A program made the translations under genes and the position numbers. From the IMG/VR virus record IMGVR_UViG_3300031857_000001: a stretch of DNA of 64,000 nucleotides, one strand, 5' to 3'. Under the pieces are notes generated by a model that worked only from the letters and a program-made list of their open reading frames with translations, did no database searches and had not been told where the DNA came from. Position 1 is the stretch's first letter; each line of letters begins with the position of its first letter. This stretch comes from a virus. Taxonomy: Duplodnaviria; Caudoviricetes. This document shows positions 49,394-58,032 of the stretch, in pieces.

Positions 49394-51940
49394 ATGTCAC
49401 TAACAGGAAAAACCATAGGTCAATTAACCTTATTAGGAACTCCAACTGCGGATACTTTAATTCCGGTTGAATATAATGATGCAACGTATCATATTGAGTT
49501 CTCATCAATAACTTCTAATTCAACAGTTGAGGTAACTTACTCTGAACTTGTTGATAAAATTACTGGTGAGACATTAAACACGGGAAGTTATTATATTATA
49601 ACCGACTTTAGAACTTGTTATGACCAGCCAGATTATAATAATGTAAAAGACCCAATTACTACGGGAATATATAAAAGTGCCGATACCGTATCGCCTATTG
49701 TTGTGTTTGCAACATCTGCAAATACAATATCTATAGATGCGTTCCAACCTGAGTTTCCTTTTGATAAAATAAAATACGATTATAGTTTTAACGCAACTGA
49801 GCATACTGCAGGACCTGCATTTGGTAGAATTACAGAAAGAATTGATAATTTTAATAATAGAACGGACTATGACCACAGAACTATATTATTTAAGAGATAT
49901 CGTGGATATTCATATAATGAAAACAGTCCACTGGCAGGACTTGTCGGTATAAGTGGTATAACAGGAACCACAGGAATATTATATGGTAATACAGGTACAA
50001 CATTTAACTCAAACTTATTTGTAGGAGATTATATTGCGGTAAGAAATTTAAATCCTTATCTTTTCGAGATTATTTCAGTTGAGGGTGATTCTCTTGCCAC
50101 AATATCAGGCGTTACTATAAGTGAAACAACCGATTCTCCTTACTATACCGCATTCGATGATGGTATAATGAGTTATTATCAACCAAATGTAAGAGCAAAT
50201 GAAGTTTTTGAATATACAACATTTGGAGATGCATTGGTGGATAGTTCTGTAGTAAATAACTATATCGGTGACCAAGCCAATCTATATTTAGAAGATGGTA
50301 CTGGGGAGTTTTTATTAGCAAATAATGTGTTTATAAGTGGTTCATTCCTTAATAACAGAATTGGAAATGGTTCTTATAATAACACATTTAATGATGACTG
50401 TGACAGTAATCAAATTGGAGACAGATTTTATAATAACTCAACAAATGATGATTTTGATGGTAATATAATCGGAGATTTTTTCAGTAACAATTATATCACG
50501 GCTAATTTTAACAATAATAGAATTGGTAGTGATTTTGATTTTAATATTTTAATCGGAGGGTCTTTTTACCGAAACAATATTGGAAATGACTTTGCTAGTA
50601 ATGTTTGGACTAATGGTGATTTCCAAAATAATGAGATAGGAAACCAATTTAATGATAATAATATCTATGATGATTTTTATAATAATGATATTGGTAATGG
50701 ATATAATAATAATGAAAGTTATTCAGAATTTTATCGTAATTTAATTGGGAACGGATATAATAGTAACACCGTATATTCAGATTTCTATGAAAATAATATT
50801 GGACACGTTTTTGTAGATAATACCATTGGAACCAATTTAACTATTGGGACATACGATTTTTACAGAAACATAATTGGTAGTGGATTTAACAATAACGAAA
50901 TTACAAATGATTTCTATGAAAATGAAATTGGTTATGGTTTTAATGATAACACAATTAGGTCATCATTTAGTTACAATGACATTTTAAATAATTTTTATGA
51001 GAACACTATATATTCGGTTTTTGAAAAAAATAAAATAATGAATGATTTCAATACTTGTACTATAGGTAACTCTGAGGATATCGGGGATAATGACTTCATA
51101 AGTAACGATATAATGAATAATTTTAAAGGTAACGATATTCTAAATGATTTTGAGAATAACACAATTAAGACCGATTTTAAGGGAAACGAGATTTTTGCGG
51201 ATTTTAGCAATAATAACGTTGGATTTGCATGTGCGGTTAACGTTTTTAGTGGAGATGTGACAAATAATATTTTTGGTGATTTTTTCACTCTGAATACTTG
51301 TGAAGGACAGTTTAGATACAACACTATTGGAATTGGTTTTTTTAGTAATGACATAGGTGATAGTTTTGGAGTAGGAGGAGGAAACTATAGAGGTAATAGA
51401 ATTGGAAATAATTTTAGTAATAATACTATTGGTGAATATTTTTACAGTAACATAATTGAAGAAAATTTTGAGAATAATACGGTAGGTTACTATTTTCAGT
51501 CCAATGATATAAAAGTTAATTATTTAAATAATATTGATTTTACAACACTTCAAGGAAACGTATTGACAATTTCTAACACAACTCCAAGCGGGGCAACAGA
51601 TTCAACTTTTTCTGTAACGCAAACGACTACAACAGGTCACGGAATAGGTGCGGAATTCGAGGTAATTGTTTCGGGTAATATTGTAACTACTGTAACAATA
51701 TTGTCTGCAGGAACTGAATATTTAATTGGTGACCAAATTACTGTAAGTGCGGTTCAGTTCGACGGAGCAGAGGATTTAGTAATAACAGTCGATTCTGTTT
51801 CAGATGAACCGCTTGTGTATACAACAGCAAATTGTACAATTCAAACTTCAAGAGACGGATTTAATTTAATTACAACTTTAGACTGGAATACAGTTTCTTG
51901 GTATATTTCAGATGCAATAAACGGACCATATAATCCATAA
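49394..51940 (+). CDS. Tail-fibre/spike-like protein with Asn-rich 11-residue (NxIGNxF) beta-helix repeats
   Basis: Long run of repeats such as 'NNRIGSDFDFN', 'NNEIGNQFNDN', 'RNLIGNGYNSN'. Confidence 0.7.
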   Translation: MSLTGKTIGQLTLLGTPTADTLIPVEYNDATYHIEFSSITSNSTVEVTYSELVDKITGETLNTGSYYIITDFRTCYDQPDYNNVKDPITTGIYKSADTVSPIVVFATSANTISIDAFQPEFPFDKIKYDYSFNATEHTAGPAFGRITERIDNFNNRTDYDHRTILFKRYRGYSYNENSPLAGLVGISGITGTTGILYGNTGTTFNSNLFVGDYIAVRNLNPYLFEIISVEGDSLATISGVTISETTDSPYYTAFDDGIMSYYQPNVRANEVFEYTTFGDALVDSSVVNNYIGDQANLYLEDGTGEFLLANNVFISGSFLNNRIGNGSYNNTFNDDCDSNQIGDRFYNNSTNDDFDGNIIGDFFSNNYITANFNNNRIGSDFDFNILIGGSFYRNNIGNDFASNVWTNGDFQNNEIGNQFNDNNIYDDFYNNDIGNGYNNNESYSEFYRNLIGNGYNSNTVYSDFYENNIGHVFVDNTIGTNLTIGTYDFYRNIIGSGFNNNEITNDFYENEIGYGFNDNTIRSSFSYNDILNNFYENTIYSVFEKNKIMNDFNTCTIGNSEDIGDNDFISNDIMNNFKGNDILNDFENNTIKTDFKGNEIFADFSNNNVGFACAVNVFSGDVTNNIFGDFFTLNTCEGQFRYNTIGIGFFSNDIGDSFGVGGGNYRGNRIGNNFSNNTIGEYFYSNIIEENFENNTVGYYFQSNDIKVNYLNNIDFTTLQGNVLTISNTTPSGATDSTFSVTQTTTTGHGIGAEFEVIVSGNIVTTVTILSAGTEYLIGDQITVSAVQFDGAEDLVITVDSVSDEPLVYTTANCTIQTSRDGFNLITTLDWNTVSWYISDAINGPYNP

Positions 51941-51944
51941 TAAT

Positions 51945-52193
51945 ATGAGAATTAATATTTTAACAGAAAATGATAAAGTAGAACAAGTAAGAGAAGCTTG
52001 GGTTACTAAAAACGTAATGAAAATTCCAGTATCTCCAACAGGAGAAGAACCAGCAACACATTGGTTTTGTTCAATGGCTGGAGAGGAATCCAAAATGATG
52101 GAGATTTACAATAAAAAGAATTTATCTATAATGGAATTAGAAATAGGTCCAAAAGAGTTTCTTAACAAATGGGGTCTGAAGATTATAAAATAA
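51945..52193 (+). CDS. Small hypothetical protein
   Basis: 82-aa ORF coupled to the fibre gene. Confidence 0.65.
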   Translation: MRINILTENDKVEQVREAWVTKNVMKIPVSPTGEEPATHWFCSMAGEESKMMEIYNKKNLSIMELEIGPKEFLNKWGLKIIK

Positions 52194-52798
52194 TTAAAAA
52201 TTTTATAAGTCATAAAGAAGTTAATGACATATTAAAATGGATTGATACTTTAAATAATCAAGAATTTAAAGCAAATCACCATTTAGCAGAACTTTCAAAA
52301 ACCCTTAATGGTAATTCATATATTTTTGATATCTCTCAAACAGAATATACAAATTATATAACAAATTTTCAGTCGGTGGGTGAGGTCAAAAAAGACCCCG
52401 TCCCAGACTTTATTATTAATATAATAGATAGAATTTCTGAAACAATTAACTTACCAAAAGAACATATGTTCTTACAGGCGGTTGATATGAATAAGGGTGG
52501 AAAAATTGACCCACATTATGACGCATCAATACAAGGGTATATCAATTACAAATGTAATGTTAGTGTTTTATCTGAAGATTATAATCTATATGTTGATAAA
52601 ACATATGTCCCTGTTGAGCAGAGAGACCTTTATTGTTTTGAGGCATCTCTTTATAAACATTGGACAAATGAATTTAACTCAAGGAGAGTTTTTTTAAGTT
52701 TTGGTTTTATTGTCCCATATAATGTCACGGGTCGAAATGAAAATGACCCAAGAGTTAGATTAAGTCAAAGAATACAAAAGTATTTCCAACAACTTTAA
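52169..52798 (+). CDS. 2OG-Fe(II) oxygenase
   Basis: HxD...H...R set: 'PHYDAS', 'YKHWT', 'RRVFLSFG'. Confidence 0.8.
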   Translation: MGSEDYKIIKNFISHKEVNDILKWIDTLNNQEFKANHHLAELSKTLNGNSYIFDISQTEYTNYITNFQSVGEVKKDPVPDFIINIIDRISETINLPKEHMFLQAVDMNKGGKIDPHYDASIQGYINYKCNVSVLSEDYNLYVDKTYVPVEQRDLYCFEASLYKHWTNEFNSRRVFLSFGFIVPYNVTGRNENDPRVRLSQRIQKYFQQL

Positions 52799-52938
52799 TA
52801 TTTATACAATAAAGTTGTTTGATGAAAGATTTGACCTTTAAAAGTCCGTTCAATTATAAAAAAAATTCTATATTTTTTAACAATAAACGAAATCTCGAAT
52901 TTACAAAAAATTCGTTAATAAATAATTCGTAAAATTGG

Positions 52939-55900
52939 ATGGCCGTTAAAGTTAAAATAGGTAGTAATAATTATAGTGGTCAAACCGCAAATATAGTATT
53001 TTATCCTGAAACGGGTGGTACTATAAATGTAGGTCAACAAATTATACCATATGATTATGTAACAGATTATTATTTTGGTACATATGAACTTATCTTTAAT
53101 GCCGACCAATATACATGTAACTTTACAATATCATCCTCTAATCCATTTCCTGTTTACATAGAACCAACACCTGGTCCTAAAACGTACATATTGGATGGTA
53201 CCTACAAACAGGACCCTGAAAATTTACCAACCAATGATTTAACTGGCACGTCATTTAATGGATTAGAAACAAATATACTTTTAGAAAAATATTTTGCAGG
53301 AACTTTTGATGGGGGAATATCTCAATTCAGAATGTACGTTGAGCCGTTATCGGCCCCAGAAGTGAAACATAATTTCAAGTTACTGAAGGACAGGTTTAAC
53401 ATGTTTAATCCTGATTGTCCTGATTGTTTGTTACCTGAATGTGAAATTACAGGGATTACTTATCAGTTGGCAACACCTGAACCTACAAGTACAAGGACTC
53501 CGACTCCAACAAATACCAAAACTCCAAGACCAACTCAAAATCCGACAAGTACACCAACCAATACAAATAATCCAACTCAAACACCGGCCAGCACGTCATG
53601 TCCGATTGATACACCTAATGTAACCCCAACAAATACAAAAACACCAACCGTAACCAAAACTAACATACCAACAAAAACACCTACAGTTACTCAGACAAAA
53701 ACACCTGACATTACTCAAACACCAACTAAAACATCAACTCCGACTAAAACACAAACAAGAACTAATACCTCTACCCCAACACCAACAAATATTGGTACAA
53801 CAATTTATTCATCACAAACAAATTGTGATTTAACAAACAATATTACAATTGACGGCCCTTCGATTTATTATTATGAAATAGACTTAGGAAGTGATGTTGG
53901 TTTTGTTAATCTAACGTTTAATGCAACTAATATCCCTGATAGATTTAGAGTCGAATGGGATGGTAATGTGGTTATAGATACAGGATTTAGAGGAAATCCA
54001 TTATATAACACTCAATTAAATAATTTGGGTTATCCTAGTGTGTCAGGGGTTGGTAGCGGTTTTATAACATTTAATAAAACAGCACCTTCACCAACTACTG
54101 TGGTATTAATAGTCGAGTCACCGATTCAAGGGGCAATATATAGTTTTAATTTATCATGTCCTACACCTTATGTTACAACAACTCCAACAAATACTCCGAC
54201 AAAAACTGAAACTCCGACTAATACTCCGACAAAAACTGAAACAAAAACTCCTACAGTTACTAAAACTGAAACACCAACCCCTACCATTACTAAAACAGAA
54301 ACCCCAACTGTTACTAAAACACCAACTGTTACTAAAACAGAAACAAGAACTCAAACCCCAACGAAAACAGAAACACCAACGGTTACTAAGACACCAACCG
54401 TTACTAAGACGGAAACCAAAACACAAACTCCTACAAAGACACAGACGCCAACTTACACCTCAACCCCAACATCAACATATTATTCTCCAGTGAACTTATT
54501 CTTCAGCGGTTGTTGTAATCCATATTATATTTATAGAATTTTCAATGTGCCACTTGTTGTTTCTGAAACGATAGTTGACGGACAAACATATCTAATTCAA
54601 GGTGTCGGATTCTCAGGTTGTGGAACGTATTTCGAATCATTATCATCGGCCGACTTCTCATATTCTTATATTAGTTTCTCATCAGAAACTGATTGTGAAA
54701 CTTGTACAATTGGAAGTCCATGTCCTACTCCAACTCCTACCGTCACCTCAAGTAAAACTCCAACTAAAACCCCAACCACGACAAAAACACCAACACAAAC
54801 TCCAACTCCAACAAAAACGGAAACTCCGACTCCGACACAAACAAAAACACCTACTAAGACAAATACCAAAACTCCAACAGAAACACCAACTAATACTCCA
54901 ACAAATACAAATACACCGACTGAAACAGTCACACCTACAGTCACTAAAACTCCAACTAAAACAAGTACATCTACACCTACGGTCACTAAAACACAAACTC
55001 CAACAAAAACTGGAACACCAACAAATACAAAAACTCCAACTTCAACCAAAACTAATACCCCTACTAACACACCAACAAAAACTAGTACTAAAACACCAAC
55101 TTCAACTCAAACTAACACCCCAACAGTTACTCAGACACCAACCACAACACCTACAAACAGTATCACACCTTCAGTAACTAAAACTAACACACCAACAAGA
55201 AGTGTTACCCCAACAGTTACTAAAACAAATACTCCTACACAGACTTATCCTAGTGGACCTGTGGTTAGTGAATGTTCTGTATTATATAATGACAGTACCC
55301 TTGTTTATTCGTACACACCACAAACTAATACAAGTGTGTTACTTCCCGTTACGGGGGCTCAAAGTGGTAATGATATTGCCCACACTACTTCAAAATTATG
55401 GATTAATCCTTCAACAAGTCAAACCATAGATGAATGGAATATATCTTTAAATCCGTTTATTGCGGTTTATAATCAATCGATTGTATTACCTCACCCTATT
55501 GGTAATGGTTTGGCAGCGATTGATAACACAAGATTAATTTCAAGCAACATATCGGTAAATCCTAATACAATTGTTGAATTATTAATTGTTGGAGGAAACT
55601 TTGTGTCAACACCTAAAATTACACTTCCTGATGGTAGAATCGTCTCAGGTGATTTATTATTAACTACAAATAATAAGTTACTTGTAACAACAACTAATGG
55701 TGTAAATACCTTCTTGACTCAATATAATTATGACAACGGACAACCTGAAGTTGAAATTACTCTAATAATTCCATTACCATGGGGTATGTTTAGTGATAAT
55801 GGTAATTTATACATAATGAATGGTCAAACTCCTGGTGGAGTTTATAGGATTAACTTAGATTTCCCATATAATCAAACATTTATTATTAATGCCGGAAGAC

Positions 55901-56232
55901 GGATATCTGGAGCGTCCCAACTACCACAATGTGTTGATGTTAACATCAATCCATCCGGTCAAACATCTACACAAACCCCAACACCAACTGTTACCCCAAC
56001 TATAACACCAACGTTGACTGTATACCCCCAACCTTTTGCAATATTCATAGAATGTTGTGAACCATTTAGAAAGATAAGGGTATTCAATGTTCCCGCATTA
56101 GTATTAGCCGGACTAATATCTGACAATGTATACTATGTTGAAGCTATTGGTTTCTCAGGATGTGCGACATATTCGCCATTCTTGACAACTTATGACTTCA
56201 CTTATGAATATTTAAATATAACAACTCCATAA
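52939..56232 (+). CDS. Large modular putative virion protein: orphan LamG C-terminal strands, three long Thr/Pro stalks, propeller-like domain, two 'CCxP' modules
   Basis: 'FAGTFDGGISQFRMYVEPLSAPEV' and domains shared with genes 3960, 7200, 11279, 56238 and 58033. Confidence 0.78.
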   Translation: MAVKVKIGSNNYSGQTANIVFYPETGGTINVGQQIIPYDYVTDYYFGTYELIFNADQYTCNFTISSSNPFPVYIEPTPGPKTYILDGTYKQDPENLPTNDLTGTSFNGLETNILLEKYFAGTFDGGISQFRMYVEPLSAPEVKHNFKLLKDRFNMFNPDCPDCLLPECEITGITYQLATPEPTSTRTPTPTNTKTPRPTQNPTSTPTNTNNPTQTPASTSCPIDTPNVTPTNTKTPTVTKTNIPTKTPTVTQTKTPDITQTPTKTSTPTKTQTRTNTSTPTPTNIGTTIYSSQTNCDLTNNITIDGPSIYYYEIDLGSDVGFVNLTFNATNIPDRFRVEWDGNVVIDTGFRGNPLYNTQLNNLGYPSVSGVGSGFITFNKTAPSPTTVVLIVESPIQGAIYSFNLSCPTPYVTTTPTNTPTKTETPTNTPTKTETKTPTVTKTETPTPTITKTETPTVTKTPTVTKTETRTQTPTKTETPTVTKTPTVTKTETKTQTPTKTQTPTYTSTPTSTYYSPVNLFFSGCCNPYYIYRIFNVPLVVSETIVDGQTYLIQGVGFSGCGTYFESLSSADFSYSYISFSSETDCETCTIGSPCPTPTPTVTSSKTPTKTPTTTKTPTQTPTPTKTETPTPTQTKTPTKTNTKTPTETPTNTPTNTNTPTETVTPTVTKTPTKTSTSTPTVTKTQTPTKTGTPTNTKTPTSTKTNTPTNTPTKTSTKTPTSTQTNTPTVTQTPTTTPTNSITPSVTKTNTPTRSVTPTVTKTNTPTQTYPSGPVVSECSVLYNDSTLVYSYTPQTNTSVLLPVTGAQSGNDIAHTTSKLWINPSTSQTIDEWNISLNPFIAVYNQSIVLPHPIGNGLAAIDNTRLISSNISVNPNTIVELLIVGGNFVSTPKITLPDGRIVSGDLLLTTNNKLLVTTTNGVNTFLTQYNYDNGQPEVEITLIIPLPWGMFSDNGNLYIMNGQTPGGVYRINLDFPYNQTFIINAGRRISGASQLPQCVDVNINPSGQTSTQTPTPTVTPTITPTLTVYPQPFAIFIECCEPFRKIRVFNVPALVLAGLISDNVYYVEAIGFSGCATYSPFLTTYDFTYEYLNITTP
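54160..55245 (+). repeat. Coding Thr/Pro low-complexity tandem repeats (TKT/TPT units)
   Basis: 30-bp unit ACTCC(A/G)AC(A/T)AATACTCCGACAAAAACTGAA x2 at 54181, plus many degenerate 12-18 bp units. Confidence 0.8.
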
Positions 56233-56237
56233 TATTA

Positions 56238-58016
56238 ATGTTTAAAAGTGTAAATATATTAAAATCAGTTAGCCCCGAAGGAGTTTTTCAATTAAATAAA
56301 ACTTCATTTGATGACATTTTAAAAAATTCACATTCTAAAATTACATTACAGTTACCGATTGGAAATGAACTTCATAACTTAGAATTAAACAAATCAGAAT
56401 TATTTGGGTCTAATTTTTATAGAACTTATAGCTCATCTCAAATCTCACAAAGAAATTTGGGGTCTCACTATAAAGGTAAATTAAGTGGATTTGAAAATTC
56501 ATCGGTTGCTGTTTCATTCACTGAATTGGGGGTTGTAGGTTTAATTTTGGATGGTGAAAATCAATATGAAATTTCCCCATTTGGTACTGATTCATATAAA
56601 GTTTTACCAGTCGAGGGTGTACATGAATTTGAATGTGGGGCCGGTCTTTCCCCGGACTACGACGAGGAAAAAAAGAACTCGTTAGAAAACAATCTCAGGT
56701 TAAGTTCCAATGGGGATATTTTAATGAAATCCCCAACCGCAACAACAAGATGTCTTAATGTTTATTGGGAGGCGGATACGGACATATATGACACGCTAGG
56801 AGTAAACTCAGAATCATATTTAGCATCACTATTTAACGCGGTACAATTATTATTTTCTAATGATGGTATACAAATTTATTTATCTGATTTATTCGTAAAT
56901 TCAGGAACTTCATTTTACTATCCAACCATTCCATATAATCAAATTGGTACTTTGGATATGTTATATGAATTTGAGGTGGTTAGACCGACATTTAATGGGG
57001 ATGCCGCGCAACTTTTTTCATTTAACAAAGGGTATGGTGGAGGAGTTGCTTGGGTTGATGCGTTATGCGCAAGGCCATACGCTTTTTGTTGGATAACATC
57101 GTCATTCCAACAACCAATGACATATAGTTGGACCGTGGCGGCTACAACACATGAACATGGACACACGTTCGGTTCACCACACACATTTTCTTGTAGCTGG
57201 AATACGAATAATTTTCAACCTGGAGACAATCCCCGAGGTTGCTCAAGAATTGATAGTTGTAGAATTGAATGTACCGCAATTTTGAGCTCTGGTTGCACTG
57301 TGGCTCAACAAAATCCAGGATATGGAACTTGTAGTATAACATCTTCATCAAATTGTGGAGCATGTTGCGCTCCCAATTATTGTTGTGGAGTCCCTGGAAG
57401 TCCGGCTCAAGGTGGAACAATTATGAGTTATTGTCACCAAGTTTCGGTAGGTACTAATCTGAACTTAGGTTTCGGACCACAACCTAGACAAAGAATGCTC
57501 GATGCAATCAATAGCCTACCTTCAACTTGTATAGAATGTTTGGGCCCACCACCTGAAGAAACTCTAACACCAACACCAACTCTCACTAAAACACCCACCC
57601 CGACACCATCAATAGGTACCAGTCCTAATCCTACCCCAACTCAAACTATAACACCTACTAAAACAATAACTAACACACCAACTTTAACTAAAACTCCAAC
57701 ACAAACTAAAACACCAACAATAACTAAAACTTTAACACCTAGTATAACCCCAACAATAACCAGCACACAAGTCAATAATAATTGTCAGTATTGTTTGAGT
57801 TTACATCCATGTACAGTTAATAGGTTTTTTTGGCAATGTTGTGAGCCGTATGATAGTTTTAGAGTTTATCTAATACCTTTTGATGTTTCAGAGACTCTAG
57901 TAAATGGAAATACATATTATGTAGAAGCCGTTGGTTTTTCAGGATGTGCCGTGTATGATGTAACATTAACAAATGCGGATTTTTCATATGAATATATAAA
58001 CATTATAACTCCTTAA
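56238..58016 (+). CDS. Reprolysin/M12B-like zinc metalloprotease 1 (prodomain, catalytic domain, Thr/Pro stalk, CCEP module)
   Basis: HExxHxxGxxH 'HEHGHTFGSPH' (57150-82); Met-turn 'GTIMSY'; prodomain 'FECG'. Confidence 0.9.
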   Translation: MFKSVNILKSVSPEGVFQLNKTSFDDILKNSHSKITLQLPIGNELHNLELNKSELFGSNFYRTYSSSQISQRNLGSHYKGKLSGFENSSVAVSFTELGVVGLILDGENQYEISPFGTDSYKVLPVEGVHEFECGAGLSPDYDEEKKNSLENNLRLSSNGDILMKSPTATTRCLNVYWEADTDIYDTLGVNSESYLASLFNAVQLLFSNDGIQIYLSDLFVNSGTSFYYPTIPYNQIGTLDMLYEFEVVRPTFNGDAAQLFSFNKGYGGGVAWVDALCARPYAFCWITSSFQQPMTYSWTVAATTHEHGHTFGSPHTFSCSWNTNNFQPGDNPRGCSRIDSCRIECTAILSSGCTVAQQNPGYGTCSITSSSNCGACCAPNYCCGVPGSPAQGGTIMSYCHQVSVGTNLNLGFGPQPRQRMLDAINSLPSTCIECLGPPPEETLTPTPTLTKTPTPTPSIGTSPNPTPTQTITPTKTITNTPTLTKTPTQTKTPTITKTLTPSITPTITSTQVNNNCQYCLSLHPCTVNRFFWQCCEPYDSFRVYLIPFDVSETLVNGNTYYVEAVGFSGCAVYDVTLTNADFSYEYINIITP

Positions 58017-58032
58017 AAAGTATATATAAAAT

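Noticed and set aside
52896-52914. 7-bp inverted repeat CGAATTT-N5-AAATTCG in the 140-bp intergenic gap
   Set aside because: It is short, AT-rich, has no T-tail and no second copy, so it cannot be distinguished from chance.
47710-53430. Intein or intron explanation of the split LamG
   Set aside because: There are no Hint motifs ('KHNF' is not followed by C/S/T), no homing endonuclease and no recognisable group I/II structure. The intervening DNA consists of ordinary genes.
54154-55177. Several alternative-frame and antisense ORFs (54154, 54170, 54602, 54666, 54748)
   Set aside because: They are by-products of stop-poor Thr/Pro repeats inside gene 52939.
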